Below are positions 38,243 to 52,422 of a stretch of 64,000 nt of DNA, one piece after another. This DNA comes from Antedon mediterranea. Its lineage: Eukaryota > Animalia > Echinodermata. The first letter of the stretch is position 1. Every line of letters starts with the position of its first letter. The notes beneath the pieces were generated by a model, which saw only the letters and a program-made list of their open reading frames with translations, had not been told where the DNA came from and did not search any database. The position numbers were made by a program, and so were the translations under genes. The DNA is taken from contig NC_092670.1 in assembly GCF_964355755.1 (NCBI RefSeq), forward strand, positions 29,252,388-29,316,387. The letters run 5' to 3'.

Positions 38243-39518
38243 ATTTAACGCATTATTTGGTGAAAATCACATAAAATTTCAATAAGTTTGTCACTGTCAG
38301 TAAGGAAAAATGTTACTGTTGATACTATACATGGTTTCGTTAACCTTTTAAAGAATGAAATAGAACAATTCATCATATTATATTAAGTATGATGTCCTAG
38401 GCTAGGTAGTGATGTTGATTTAGGATCGATTATTATTCTTTGAAAACAGAGCAGACGTATTAGCAATAACATATTACAGCATTTTTATTGACAAATTAAC
38501 AAATATATTGAAATTAAACATGTTTTTCACCAATAAATGCATGAGAAATTGATGCATTCCACTGAATTTGAGTCCTCTATTATCGTTGCTCTTTTGGCGC
38601 TCCATAGAAACAAAAATATTGAACATTAAATAAGTTAAATTTGCGAACAGTGTGCGAGAAACACGCCTGCAAAATCATTAATTTTAGGATTTATTTGTTA
38701 CTTTTTATGTGATTCTTTCATTAAAGTACTCATGAGGCATACTTGTAAGGTGTGGTATTCACATGATAAAGTTAGTTATCAAATTTTGAGTCAAAATACA
38801 AGCGAAGGAAACTAGCGCCAGGTTTATAAGTACGTACATGGACAACAATAAATAAAAATCGTTCGTAATATACCTAGCCTACTAAAACAGGAATAGTGTA
38901 AACATTATTAATATTACACCAATTATTATTATATCAAAATTTATTAAATTATTTTCTACATAGGCCTCTAGGTTAGGGCTATAAGCATAAAATTAGCTAA
39001 CGTTTAATGTTAGGCCTAGTATTACGATTGTCGGACGTAAGTCCTTTTCTTCACACACGCTCTCAGGTCTACCGAATTGAGGCGGGGTGTGACAAAATAT
39101 TATTTTCACTACGCTAATGTTTGAGAGACATGTTAAATTAATTGTAAAGTGAACACGCTCAAAATGCCAACATGCATGGCAGTCATTTGTTGATTGTCGC
39201 TATAACAATTATTGTTTATTGAAAATTGAAGACGGATGCACAACTTTTGAACAGTTTGGGCACTTTTGTAAAAGTATAATTTGACACGATATGACTTGAA
39301 TGAAAAAAACAATTAAAATATAAATAATTGATTATTAGGCCTATAATATAGCATAATAGCACGTTAAGATATGCCTCGCACCTTTTTAAAATTGTAAACT
39401 ATGGTATATGCCTCGCACTTTTGGAAATGATAAAATGATGCCTTGCACAAATATTTGGCGTGCCTCGCATATCTCTCTTGCTTCGCGTGCCTCGATGACT
39501 CGCACCTTGTCAACACTC
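38243..39518 (-). mobile_element. Second, inverted, truncated copy of the MULE
   Basis: Reverse complement of ~35139-36770 with internal deletions; terminus TTGTCAACACTC at 39518 abuts family B sequence. Confidence 0.88.
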
Positions 39519-39886
39519 GAAGAATTTTCATCAATAAGCCTACATTAATAATAATGTTTTTGTTTATTTAACGCCAAAACCGAGTGTTGCCACATGAAAA
39601 TTACACAGTAAATATCATCGTACTCGAGAATTTACTGGATTTTATATGTTTATTTATTTATTTTATTTATTTATTACCATCTTTACTGAGGGTAGCCTAT
39701 CCAGTTCCAATAGAACTGATCATTTAGGGCCCTCGATAAAGCATACATAATGACAGGGACACAATAATGACGTGAAAATTACTCATCAAATCAATATCAT
39801 CGTACTCGAGAAAATATAAGATTTACGATCCTCGCAGCAGTAGTCATGTGATGCAGTTTCAACCAATCATGTATTTACATAGGCTA
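39519..39886 (-). mobile_element. Family B partial copy 4
   Basis: Matches 19850-20388 and the reverse complement of 9120-9330. Confidence 0.75.
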
Positions 39887-39972
39887 GAGATACAGTATAT
39901 AGCATCTTTTTAAAGAGAAAATATAAAACATACAGTATGTATTATACATGTACCATTTTCCCTACATTTTTC

Positions 39973-40300
39973 AGTAAATGTTTAGCGCAATAATAGTAAA
40001 TGTTTAGCGCAATAATAGTAAATGTTTAGCGCAATAATAGTAAATGTTTAGCGCAATAATAGTAAATGTTTAGCGCAATAATAGTAAATGTTTAGCGCAA
40101 TAATAGTAAATGTTTAGCGCAATAATAGTAAATGTTTAGCGCAATAATAGTAAATGTTTAGTTCAATAATAGTAAATGTTTAGCGCAATAATAGTAAATG
40201 TTTAGCGCAATAATAGTAAATGTTTAGCGCAATAATAGTAAATGTTTAGCGCAATAATAGTAAATGTTTAGCGCAATAATAGTAAATGTTTAGCGCAATA
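39973..40300. repeat. 22-bp minisatellite, about 15 units
   Basis: Unit AGTAAATGTTTAGCGCAATAAT, nearly invariant. Confidence 0.98.
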
Positions 40301-40784
40301 CAGTGTTAAAATCATTTTTTTGCCGGATAAGTTACATTTCATTAACTCTCTCTCTCATTACTGTATTAGTGATTGTTCTTAAAGCCCATTGCAACATACA
40401 GTATTAGATTTTCCAAACTTGATGTAAAAAAAATTCATTACTTACCACACACAGAAAATGTTTACATTTAAGAAGTGGATTTGCCTCAGGTAAAGCTATT
40501 TATTATCGTTTTACTATCTGGAATTACTACAGTTGACAGTGAATTGATAGACTATCAAGTGATCTAGTATTTGAAACACAGAAATTATGTCAAAACCTCA
40601 AATTTTAACTTTAGTTAAACCACAAAACATTTCAAAGCCATTACAAAAAAACTGTATTTTTTATAATAGGTTTAATGAGAGTACTTGTACAGTATTTCTA
40701 TTCATGATGCATCCTAAAATCACTATAGTATCATACAGAATAATTATGTTTTGTGAACTCTATCGATATTATACTGTACAGTTA

Positions 40785-41508
40785 TTGCTATCATTCACTA
40801 TGAAACAGTATTTCTATCTTGTTCTATAAACACATGCTCTATGAATACAATATTTTTATCATGTTCTATAAATATGGATTTTCTATCATGCCCTATGTAC
40901 AGTATATAGTATTCCTATAAGGCTCTATGAAAACAGTATTTCTATCATGTTCTATAAATGTGGATTTTCTATCATGCTCTATGAATACAGTATTTCTATC
41001 ATGTTCTATAGATAAAGTATTTCTATCATGCTGTACTGTATGTATACAGTATTCCTATCATGTACAGTTATTTCTCTCATTCTCTATGAAACAGCATTTC
41101 TATCTTGTTCTATAAACACAGTATTATTTGTTATCATGCTCTATGAATACAGTATTTTTATCTAGTTCTACTATAAATATGGATTTTCTATCATCCTCTA
41201 TGAATACAGTATTGCTATCATCATGTTCTATAGATACAGTATTTCTATCATGCTCTATGCCTATCATGCTCTATGAATACTACTTCTATCATGTTCTATA
41301 ATACAGTATTTCTATCATCCTCTATGAATACAGTATTGCTATCATCATGTTCTATAATACAGTATTTCTATCATGCTCTATAAATACAGTATTTCTATCA
41401 TGCTCTATGAATACAGTATTTCTATCATCATGTTCTATAGATACAGTATTTCTATCATGCTCTATAAATACAGTATTTCTATCATGCTCTATGAATACAG
41501 TATTTCTG
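40785..41508. repeat. Degenerate 27-bp minisatellite
   Basis: Unit TATTTCTATCATGCTCTATGAATACAG with indel variants. Confidence 0.92.
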
Positions 41509-42457
41509 AATGTAGGAAAAAATCCACCCACATATACACATACAGTATAGTATGTTAATAAAGCATTCTCTATCAACATAGTATTCTTTGATGCATTTAT
41601 TTCTATCATTATTCATAACATTAACATAATCCTACTACCTATATTTTGCAGTATCACAGATTGTATTATTGGGTCTATGACTCATCATACACAGGTAGAC
41701 AATAATATACACTTGTACCCCTTGAAAGATAAACTCTAAAGTTCAATGCCCTTACATAATCACTCTTTGGATCTGATTGTGTGTTTAGCCTACCTCTAGG
41801 GAATAAGGCATTGTGGTGTCATAAAAGGTACATTAATAGTGGTGTGGTAGCATGTCCTGTTTAGAAGTTGTGTGACAAAGCCTTTAAGTTTTTATTCCCA
41901 CTCTAGGTAAATATTATTAAAGTAAATTTATATTTGAATTGTGGGCCTATGTTTTCTTTATGGTTTATGACTAAGAATATATCATTCAAAAATAAATACA
42001 TACCACTTTAATCAGCTTTAAAAACTGTCCACCACACATGCTACATTAAGGCAAAATAAATATATACCGTATTTACTTGTTAAGCATCACCCTGATTTTC
42101 AAGCCATTTTTTAGTTATTTATTTATTTTTAAATGACAAAAAAAAAAACAATTACAAATTCTCCTACACTTATTTTAAGTGATTATTAATTTGATTGATT
42201 ATTGCAAGCATACAGATATATTGTAATGTTAATTGTAATTGCATAAATGGTTTCCATGAAGTTGAAAATGTATGTAGTGATTCATTTGTGCATTTTTAAA
42301 GAGTTGGTGTCAGTGAATCAATGTTGATCACCTATTAAACCATATTTAGCACGAATATAAATGTATCTTTTTGTAATAATAATGTACAAGCAATATGGGC
42401 AGACATGTCTTGAACCTATGGCTCTCGCATCCTAGTCCGATAAAATTGACAATGACC

Positions 42458-42499
42458 ATTACACAATGGAGGTATAAAATTAGACCTCCATGATTACAC
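42458..42499. mobile_element. CATGGAG-type footprint with 7-bp TSD
   Basis: ATTACAC + AATGGAGGTATAAAATTAGACCTCCATG + ATTACAC. Confidence 0.75.
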
Positions 42500-42779
42500 C
42501 AAATAATTATTTAAACTTTTGATCAAGAAACATACAACTGAAAAGAATTTTTACAATTACACCATTTTGAAAGTTCAATTTGACTTTAAATTATTAACAT
42601 AATAGGATGTTGAAATTGAAATGACTTTCTTTGTTTATTTTGAAGTGAACAAAGTCCACACTCACTGTACTTCCTCACATTTGTGTATTTGAAATACATT
42701 TGCTCATCAAAGAGGAAGAGCATGGTTTGTTTTTTTTTAACCATATTTAATGAGGGTGATCCATCCAGTATAATGCTGA

Positions 42780-42969
42780 TCATTAGGAACCCTCAGAGTT
42801 TTACAAGACAAATATATACACAAGATGTTCTACATAAACAAAGTCTTATAGAAGTCTTTGGGAGGGGAGTTGTAATTTGGTCCTTAGGAAAAATCCTGAC
42901 ATGTGACAGGACTTGAACCCAGGACCCTTGGAGTGGTAGCCAAGCATCATAACCACCAAGCCACAACTC
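42780..42969 (-). mobile_element. tRNA-derived SINE
   Basis: Minus strand GAGTTGTGGCTTGGTGGTTA (A box) ... GGGTTCAAGTCC (B box); 3' boundary uncertain. Confidence 0.55.
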
Positions 42970-44197
42970 CACTCAGGTAATGGTAATTGCAGATTATGCT
43001 AAAAACGGCTAAATAATGCCACAGCATTATGCCAGATGCTGTGGGCCTCCAAATAATTCCAAAAAGCATAATAATGCCAGAAATGGCAACTATGAAAGAG
43101 CGTGGTAATCGCATAGAGGGCACTATTTATTATACTGTAAAGCCTGTTCCATTTCATTATAATTTGTGAGGTTATGCATTTATTTTGAAATAGCTTCCAG
43201 CAATGTCAGTATTGCTAAGCATACAGTATTCTGCTTAATACTGTAGCTTAACACAACTTTTATTGATAATTATGCAGAAAGAAAAATACCCTAACATTTG
43301 CAGTATGCATAACTTTGAAGTAGTCTGTGAGTCACAATCCTACATTTATACCAGTTCAGTATGTGCAACAACATTAATCAAGTGGTATTTTAAATGAAGC
43401 AAAGACAATATTGAAAGTTTTGGTTGCTATATTTTAAGATAATAGAAAAGTTGAGTGGTTGATTCAAAATGCTAATGGTACTTCATATTTACAGTACTCT
43501 TGGGTCGTCCATAACTGTAAGGTTAATTTTGCTAATGGTTAATGTTAAGTACTCAAATGTGTGTCAGTCTTTGCAAATTGTTTCTATTTTGAAACATGTT
43601 TCTTAAAGTGTTTAAAAGTAAAAAAAAAAAATATTTAGAGCACAAGCATAGAATTTAAAAAATGTGCAATAGCAAGTGTGATTTTATTGGTATGATGACA
43701 AAAAAAATACTTGTGGATATGGATTTTGGCCTGCCTCTGATTTTTAACATTTTTTTATTTTAAAAATCGACTGAAAAAGATATTTTTTTTTTTTTCAAAT
43801 ATTTTTATATTATTGTTTGGTGACACCAAGGACAGATAATAAAAGAATTTTATCTTTTATTCATAAAAGTAATTAAATCATTGAATTAAATTGCCACCGA
43901 GCAAAAATGTAGGCCCTAATACAGCTGACGCCTTATCCCATCCCATGATCCAGGCTCTCATCGAAGGGAAATTCTGATTGTGTAGAGGTAGATTGGGGTA
44001 AAGTCGAGCATACAACATTTCTTAGGTAAATTTTTGTTCAACTTTTGTATTATTGCTCGGCGAATCCTTTGCCCGATAAACCATCTAATATGTGTCTGTT
44101 TAAAGCTAGTCACCATATGAGCCTAGTAAAAAACAACAAGAAATACCACCGCCGCCTCAAAACTTGTGTGTTTGTATAGTGGGGGTGATTAAAATCG

Positions 44198-44430
44198 TAT
44201 CCGGACAACTACCCCCTGGATAATTACCACCCGGACAACTACCACCCGGACAACTACCACCCGGACAACTACCACCCGGACAACTACCCCCTAGGACAAC
44301 CACCACCTGGACAATTACCCCCTAGGACGACTACCCCCTAGGAAACTACCCTCTAGGACAACTACCCTCCTAGGACAACTACCCTCTAGGACAACTGCTA
44401 TGTCCCTAGGACAACAACACCCTCTGAACA
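44198..44430 (+). repeat. 15-bp GGACAACTACCMCCY array, probable DNA-transposon subterminal repeats
   Basis: Tandem GGACAACTACCACCC; related array at 55983-56155. Confidence 0.8.
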
Positions 44431-45789
44431 ACCACACCTATATCATGAAACCTACACCTTACTGTAGGTTATAATTACGATCTTGTAAAACTTACTGAAC
44501 TTCAAAACATAGGGAGAGAGATTTTATTACAGTAAAAACTGAAGAAGTGAGAAACCGGAAAATACATTACAATCATATTGATTAAGTGATTTATTTAATG
44601 TGATTTCAAAAAGTTACCACTACATTAAACATCTATCTCACTGATTTTAACATTATTTATTGATGCATTGCATTGCATTCTTCTTATATTGCAGTTCATC
44701 ATGTCTGATGATGACTAGGTAGGTATCTGTCGGGGCATTAGTTGAATAGTATATAGACTAGTTGTATTCAAATGAATTCTTTAAGGTTTAAAAATAAAAA
44801 ATAAATATATAAATATTGGTTTTTGTGAGTACAGACTGAAACATTGATGTTTGAATGTTGAATACCTTGTGATATTAGGGACGAATCCTGTGTTTGCTAG
44901 AGCGTAAAATCATAATCAGTCGACATAGTCGTTTTATTAGTTATGCACACTTGCGCAAAGACGGCGACTGGCAATATATCTCTCTCCCTCCCCTGACTCG
45001 TGGCGCGAGGCCCTTCTGAATTGAATCGCTTGTCTCTGGTGATGCAGCATACAGTAGGCCAGCCTTCCTAGCTAGGGGCGCCTCGCATTTAAACGCCGCT
45101 TTTAACACAGCCATTTTAACCCAATAAAAATGTTATTTTATTAAACAATAAAATTAGAAATTCCATGTGTTAAGTGTAATTTGAACTATGTATTTAAGGT
45201 TATATATACATTATTTCTAGTAGTTCTCCATAAACGGTAAAATGGCAACTTTATTGACCTAAAAAGAATTTCACGCTAAACTCCGTCCTGTGCCTTTCCG
45301 TCGTGTTTTGTAAAGTCCCTATTCTCTGCGATCAACAGCAGTTACAGCAACTGTGCTCATTTATCAAAGGTGAGGTTGCATAAGAAATTAGCATTGATTC
45401 TCACTGCTAATATAATTGTTCACGTCCTCATGCAGCGCAATCAAATCACTTGTGAGGAAACATGCATTCAATTACCTACTGTAGATGTAGTAGGTTTATA
45501 TAATAATGTACTGTAACTGTATATCAATAGATCTTTAGAAAAATATCTTTGAATTTAAGATAGATTGGTCTGTATTAAACTTTACACCACCATTGCCTAG
45601 AGAGGTTTTTGTTTGTTTTTTCGGTAGGCTAACTATTTTTTTAGGCAGCGACTTGACTTGTTGTAAGACAATGATCATGATGAAAGCATGTTTAAATTAA
45701 ATTTTTCTTTCTTCTTCTTTTTTTTTCTTCTTCTTCAAACTTTAAACAAAGATGTGCCTGCTTAATAATATGAAAAGAATGGTACGTTG

Positions 45790-47569
45790 CAGGCCCGTAT
45801 CCAGGGGGGGTGCGTTGGGTGCAGACGCACCCCCCCAAGTCCCAAAAGGTCCACTATTTCCTCGGTTGGTATTTTTTCTTGTCTTGTTTAACTAAAGACA
45901 ATATCATTATATATATACAAAATTTACATTATCAATGGTATACAAACAAAAATATGCTAATATAAAATGAAAAAATACCGGTAATTAAATTACGGAATCT
46001 GAACTGACTACAAACTCGATGTAAAACATGCGCAGTCGATCATGTGACGACAAGCAATAGCTTAGCGCTTCATGTACGCGGTACGCGGTAAAGTGTTTGC
46101 TGGAGAAATACAGACAACTTAACGTCAGGGAACACGTGTACTTTTTGTCGGGGAATATAATATACAGTAAAAAGCGTTCGCGTTCACTTCGTAGCTAGCT
46201 TCAGCGCCTAGAAAACCGCGACGTTTCATTGACCGTGAGAGTACGTCAGAGTGATATTATGCACTTTATATGCATTCATTATTGCCAGCGATCTAACTTA
46301 CTACTAAACAATAGCTAGGTACGCACTTGTCTGGCGGTATCCCTTTGTACGAATCGTTCAACGTTGGGTCGAGACGCGTGATATCAAGTTTCATCCAGGG
46401 ACCAAAATGTGTAATGTGTTATTTTCCAGGCGAAGTTTACCGACGGTTACGTCGTGTACTGCGTCGACGTACGCTACACTACAGCAAAAACGAATTATGT
46501 TAATTGTTCGTTTGTTCACCAATTTTTTAATTTACAAGTAACCTTCTGTACCGTGGGGCACCTAAAATAAATTTTTCATCCATTACTAAACAAAAAAACA
46601 TGCCATTTTCGCTTAGCCAACATTATAGCTATAGTTATTACATTTTCAATATCCTGTATGTCATGAATTTCTCACCACTCGGAAGTCCAGATGGTACGCA
46701 TGCATACACCTGGGAGGAATAAACTTTTTTCCCCGACTGAAAAAGGTCTACGCTTGCGTTTTTTAAGCCTCTAGGCCTGATGTTTCCAAAGTATAAAATG
46801 CAATTTTTTGAAGACCTGCAGCTCTAGTTTTAAACATTTTCTTAGCTCAGCCCCAACAATAAAGCTGGTCATATTTCGAAGAACAAGAAGTACATTTTCC
46901 GGGACCTAACATCTCTATTTTTCAAACATTTCTTAGCTCAGTCACAACCCATGATAGGGACTTATATATTTTTTTTTATGTTTTGAAGTATAATAAGTCC
47001 AATTTCCGGGACCTCCAACTCTATTTTTCAAAATTTTCTTTGAACTTTTATTTTTTAAATTGAAAAATATGGATTGAAACCGTCATCGCGCATCGTTTTT
47101 TTGCACGCAGTATTTTATTTATGCATTATAAAAAATGGAAAAAATGGCTACCCTAAATCTGATTAAAAAGACCTCAAATGACGCTAGAACGCGTTGCTTC
47201 CGGGGGCTTCGCCCCCTGGACCCCCACCGGGGGCCCTTGGCGGCCCCTGGCCCTCAGCCTAGTGATGCTCGCTTCGCTCGCATAGCCCCCTCGTCGGGGA
47301 ATGTAGCCCCCGCGTCGGGAAGATCCTGGCGCCACCCCTGCTGAGTTGGCCTCATCATGAAAGCGTTAAGTTCTGGTGTCCATCGTTCAACTAGCCCAAG
47401 CCACAACAGAGAGTCTTACATCAGTCTTTAGAACGTCAAATAACGCAAATTTTTCCAGGGCCTTCCGCCCCTGGACCCTGACCGGGGGCCCTTGGCGGCC
47501 CCCTGGCCCCCAGCCATTGTTGCTCGCTTCGCTCGCACCCCCCCATTATAAATGCTGCATACGGGCCTG
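45790..47569. mobile_element. hAT-type non-autonomous element with 5-bp TSD (hAT5-like)
   Basis: TIR CAGGCCCGTAT.CAG / CTGCATACGGGCCTG; TSD CGTTG (45785-45789, 47570-47574). A second terminus-like CCTGGCGCCACCCCTG ends at 47340. Confidence 0.85.
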
Positions 47570-47994
47570 CGTTGTATTAAAACCATACAAATATTAGAAC
47601 GGCATCCCAAGAGTGCATACCTCCACCTACTGTAAAATTCTCCTACGAATATTATTACATAAGATTTCTTCGGGGAAAAATTTATTTTATCTTTGTGTCT
47701 TAATGCTGCGTGTGATTGGGCTAATTTCACTACAACCATGTGTATGCGAGTTTGGTGTAATGTAACCAGCCTTTCAGCTAACAATAGTTTAAGTTGACTA
47801 ATAATAGAACAGCCACCCCAAAACAAACAGGTGAATTTGAAAAGAAGTAGGTTTTTAAAACTATTGTATCAAAAAACCTGTACATTAAATCAAATTATGT
47901 TTTAAAATTACAAATGACAAATTAAAACTCTTGCCTCTTGTACAAAAATGAAGTCTTTTGGACAAGTAGTTCTTGAGAAGAAAATGCAATTTCA

Positions 47995-48240
47995 GTTTAC
48001 TTATTACTTTAAGACTGCTCACTGGTATTTGAAAATTGTCTCCTTTCTTTTAAAACTAGCAGGTCTGAAAATAATACTAAAAAGTGGTCTAGAATTGGGA
48101 CCCTGGTCCGGATTGCCTTCAAAATTTAATGGAGTGGTCCAATTGACCACATACCTATCTGTATTTTCATTTTGGTAATCCTGCCAACAGACAGACACAC
48201 GCGATTGACTACATATACTGTACCTCCTTGGCGGATGTAC
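47995..48240 (+). mobile_element. Helentron/HINE-like 3' fragment
   Basis: ACAGACAGACACAC tract then terminal stem-loop ACCTCCTTGGCGGATGT. Confidence 0.45.
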
Positions 48241-50820
48241 AGTACAAAGATCTATCTCCAACCAATCATAGTATTTTTTGATGATCATGGGTAACACATT
48301 AACAACAGATTAACACATTTCCTTACAGTGTAAGATGAAAAGTTGTTCGAAAAAAAAATTGATTTACCTGAACAAATGCAATTTAAAACAAAATATGCAG
48401 AAATTGTGTCTTTTTATAATAAAAAATAGTTTTTCTTGATTTTGTTTTCTACAAAAGTGAATAACTTTATTAAAACTAAAAAAATGGCCTATTTAAAGTC
48501 TTATTTTAATAACTTAAATTGTTCATGTTTTTGAGGGACAATACATCTTTAACAAAAATAACAGATTTCTCTTCTCCAACCAATCATAATCTCTTGTACA
48601 GTGTAGTGTATGTTCTTTTTTGCTTGAATCAGCTATTTTTCACGCCGCAACTGTAGCCACCTTAAACCCAGAGGACATAATCAATAAGAAACTTTACCAA
48701 CTTGAAAGCTTTATCTAAGGCTGACATTTTCGATATTTTGTAAACTCTACTAATTATAGGTCCCAGCTGCTGGATCCAAAAAACATCTGGGAAAAGGGAG
48801 TCTATGAGGGCTCACGGTTTAACACATTTTTGGATTCTTGCCCTTTGATTGGTTGAAGTGAATCAACAGACTGCGGAAGAATTTTCTCAAATTGTCTATG
48901 AGGACTGCATGTCCTCATGTCCAACACACGTCGGGAAAATAATGTATTGACATTCTTCGAATTAGGTTAAATAAACTTTTTTATTTAATAAACATGTAAT
49001 ATCATATTTGATTGAATTTTACAATGTTGGTATACAAAATTTATTACTAAAAACCGTAATTTTTAAATTTCATACAAGTGCCTACTGAGGGCGCAATTTA
49101 TTTACTTCGTTCGTGGCTAAAAACAATTATTTTCTGCGATGTTTTGGACCCTATATTTCGAGAACTACAAGTCAGATTGTTCTTTCTTTATTTTAATATT
49201 GATATAAAATATTAACAGGCAATGTATGCTATTAACTTTTAATGTTGCATCGTTATCCCTCTATATACTAGACTATGTGGGCCGGGTCGGTCATAGGGAG
49301 GTAATGCTCCTACCCTGTATGTACATACATATATACTGTAGTTTATGATTATATTTTTGTTCTGTACAGTAGGCCAGACTACATTTACACGAAATGTTCA
49401 CTACTACTGATTGTTAAACAAAAATAATTGATATAATTAATCATTTAATATATCTGAAGAAAGAACAATGATTAATTTTAAAATGTTGAGCTGTGTTTTT
49501 TGTAAGAAATATTTCTTGTTTATTTTGCTTACCAGCAAAAATGATGTAGTAATTTCTCTTCTCCAACCAATCATAATCTTCATTACAGTGACAACTGAAT
49601 ATCTTACTTGCTTTTATTTATTTGGTTTAAAACATGAATAAAACTATAAAGCCATAATAAATATATTCATATAGGGTACTTCAATTCTTCCTTGAATTAC
49701 GTGACTTTAAATCTTCCTTCACTAATTAGAGGAAAAAATCCTAGTGCTCTACTGCCCTCTATGTCTGGAATAGTTTTTTTTACTTAACATAATGTATGAA
49801 TCTAATTCTATAATAAATGTCAACTGCTGTAAACATATCTTTGCAGAACATTATCAAGAAAATACTTTTATTTTAATTATCTAAGGTTGACATTTACAAG
49901 TGTGGGTTTAAAAAAAATTGTTATACAGTCGTAGAAATAGAATAGAATGAATTGTAAGTTGAGCGCATACAGTGGCTTTTATGTGTGTTTGATTACCCTC
50001 ATTATCACTTCTTAAATTAAATTTGCATATTTGTGTTCACTTTTTGATTGTTTATTCAGATGCTTTAATATTTGCTCTTTCCATCTGAATATCAAACAAT
50101 TGTATTAATTGAATTTATTTTAAAAGTGAATTAAACAAAAGACCAGAAATCAAGTGTTAAAAATGTTTAAACTCGATTAATGGTAGGTGATCTCATGCAC
50201 AACATACATAAGTTCAAAATGGCCAGTCCTGAATGTGCATACTGCTGTTACATAGTGGACCTGTATGTACAATGCTGAATGCCTGTCAAATGGAAACATG
50301 ATGGCTTTGAATTATCATATTTTAATGGCTGTTTCATATCATATTACATACATGATTTAATGTACTATCTTTAGGCAATTAGCTATACACTTCATCACAT
50401 GAATGATGAATGAGATAGTATGCTTGAAATCTCTAGGATTACATAGGTCAAGCCATAATATCATGTTTTATCATTTATTTGATTTGTGTGGAATTTAAAA
50501 TTATTATACTATATATACTGTATAAATATTAAAAATATATTTTATTGCAAATAAAAGTTATGATTACTTTTGATAGATATCAACTTTTTGTAACAATATA
50601 CAGTATAAAGAATTACTATATATAAATAATTAATATGAATTTGAAAAAGTGTAAGAACAAACTGTATAGATGGAAGAAATTTTTCGAATTACCTTTTGTA
50701 CCATGTTCCCATGTTCCCAAGTTCAACTTCATATTTTTGTATGGAGGTCCAGATCAACACAGGGTTATTCTTTGCTGGAGCCAAGCCATTACTAAATATG
50801 TTTATATTGAACTTATTTAA

Positions 50821-52396
50821 AGGGGGGTTCCGAGTTTAAAATGAATAGTAAAAAATGTAAAATATATTTGTTTGTCTCTTGAACGGTAAAAGTTTCAATT
50901 TATATAAGCGCCCAGTGAAGCAGAACGAAGGCTGTGAAATCAGGCCAGATTACAAGTGCAGCTACGGCAAAATCACACTGTGGTTACAAAATAGGAAATT
51001 CGTGAAATGGTCCATCTTCCGACGACTCGTTATCATAAACCATATCAATTACTTTTGTAAAATTATACTTATCTGATGTAATTTTAGTCGGTCTTCCCAT
51101 TTATAAAGTCAATTTTTTATGAAAATTCATCAAAACAGTGAAAAATTAGATATGTTTGCACTTTACGTTTGCCGATTTTCGCACCGACTTAGGGAAAAAT
51201 CAAAATCAATGAAGCGTAACGTATACTGTACATTCCTCCTGCTGAGGATCGAGCGAGACGACGATACACGTGCTCTCTCTGCTGCCCATGCCTGGCATCG
51301 TCACGTGATAAGCAGATACAACAATACCAAACTGGTCGGGTCGAGTATACCCCGTCTATAATCCCAACATGAACGATGTACAGTATTTGATTGAAGGTCG
51401 ACTTGACCTACCGGAATGGTATAGATAATATAGCTCGAATGAGAGAGTTGGAATATTTGTGTAGTGCAGCCTATAGTAAAAGGCCTGGTAGTATCAATTC
51501 GCATAGGGTCTACTACACTAGCTAGCTAAATTTTTAACTGGGCCGGATCGGCTAGGTCTCCTTCCTACTACCTGGTCTACTTGCTTGATGCATGAGTATC
51601 CGCTTTTTTGGAGAGTAAACTAAGCCTATTTTATTTTAGGCCTACTTAGACGATCGGGACACCATACGTGTGGACGGCGATCGGACCTTGTTTTGCTTCA
51701 ATATTTACAGCCGATTTTGTAGAACGTTTTAGGTTTAGATTGTTTAGGAGTTTGGTTGATAGGATGGGTTTTGTTATTTATGGGCCAATCGTCTAGTAGT
51801 AGGCTAGCTAGGCCCATGGGCCCCATTGTTTTAACGTAGCCATCGTGGCATGGAATCCCTAGTCAGAATGGCTCTCGCCCATATTATTATTAGGCTAGGC
51901 CTAGAGTAGTATTGTACGTGAAGCCGATAATACGATCTGTACTATAGAGGTATAAAAATAGTATAATTTATGACTCCGTATCTGTACTAAATTTTGTATT
52001 TCATTAAATGTCAAATAAATATATGCTACTACTGTTATTATTACACTTTAGGCCTAGCTTAGAAAATCTACAAAAAATGTATTTCACAATGATCGGGTGG
52101 TCGTCGTTTGACAGGGGAGAGAGATGTAAATTAGTTGACAAACACAACGTACATGACGTCGCGAGTTTGGAATCCACTGGTGACGTGATTTTGTGAATAT
52201 CTCATGAATATTAATGAGCTTCCCTAAGCTGCTGAAAAACAGACTTTCCATGAATTTACCCTAAAATGTATATGAAATTTAATTTTTTTAATTTCTCGTT
52301 ATTACTTCTTCATTCTGACATGTCTATATTGTTATAATATTTTTTATTTAATAAATAAACGATATTTAAAACCAATTTTAAACCCAGAATCCCCCT
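50821..52396. mobile_element. Kolobok-like non-autonomous element
   Basis: TTAA on both sides (50817-20, 52397-400); TIR AGGGGGGTTCCGAGTTT / AAACCCAGAATCCCCCT. Confidence 0.82.
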
Positions 52397-52422
52397 TTAA
52401 ACCACTACAGTACATTCAGTAT

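Noticed and set aside
41347-41609. Short repeat ORFs (NTVFLSCS, IEHDRNTV)
   Set aside because: Products of the 27-bp minisatellite.
42900-42969. Functional tRNA gene (also 9348-9421, 13574-13650)
   Set aside because: A/B boxes are present but stems do not pair into a full cloverleaf; SINE/TE context.
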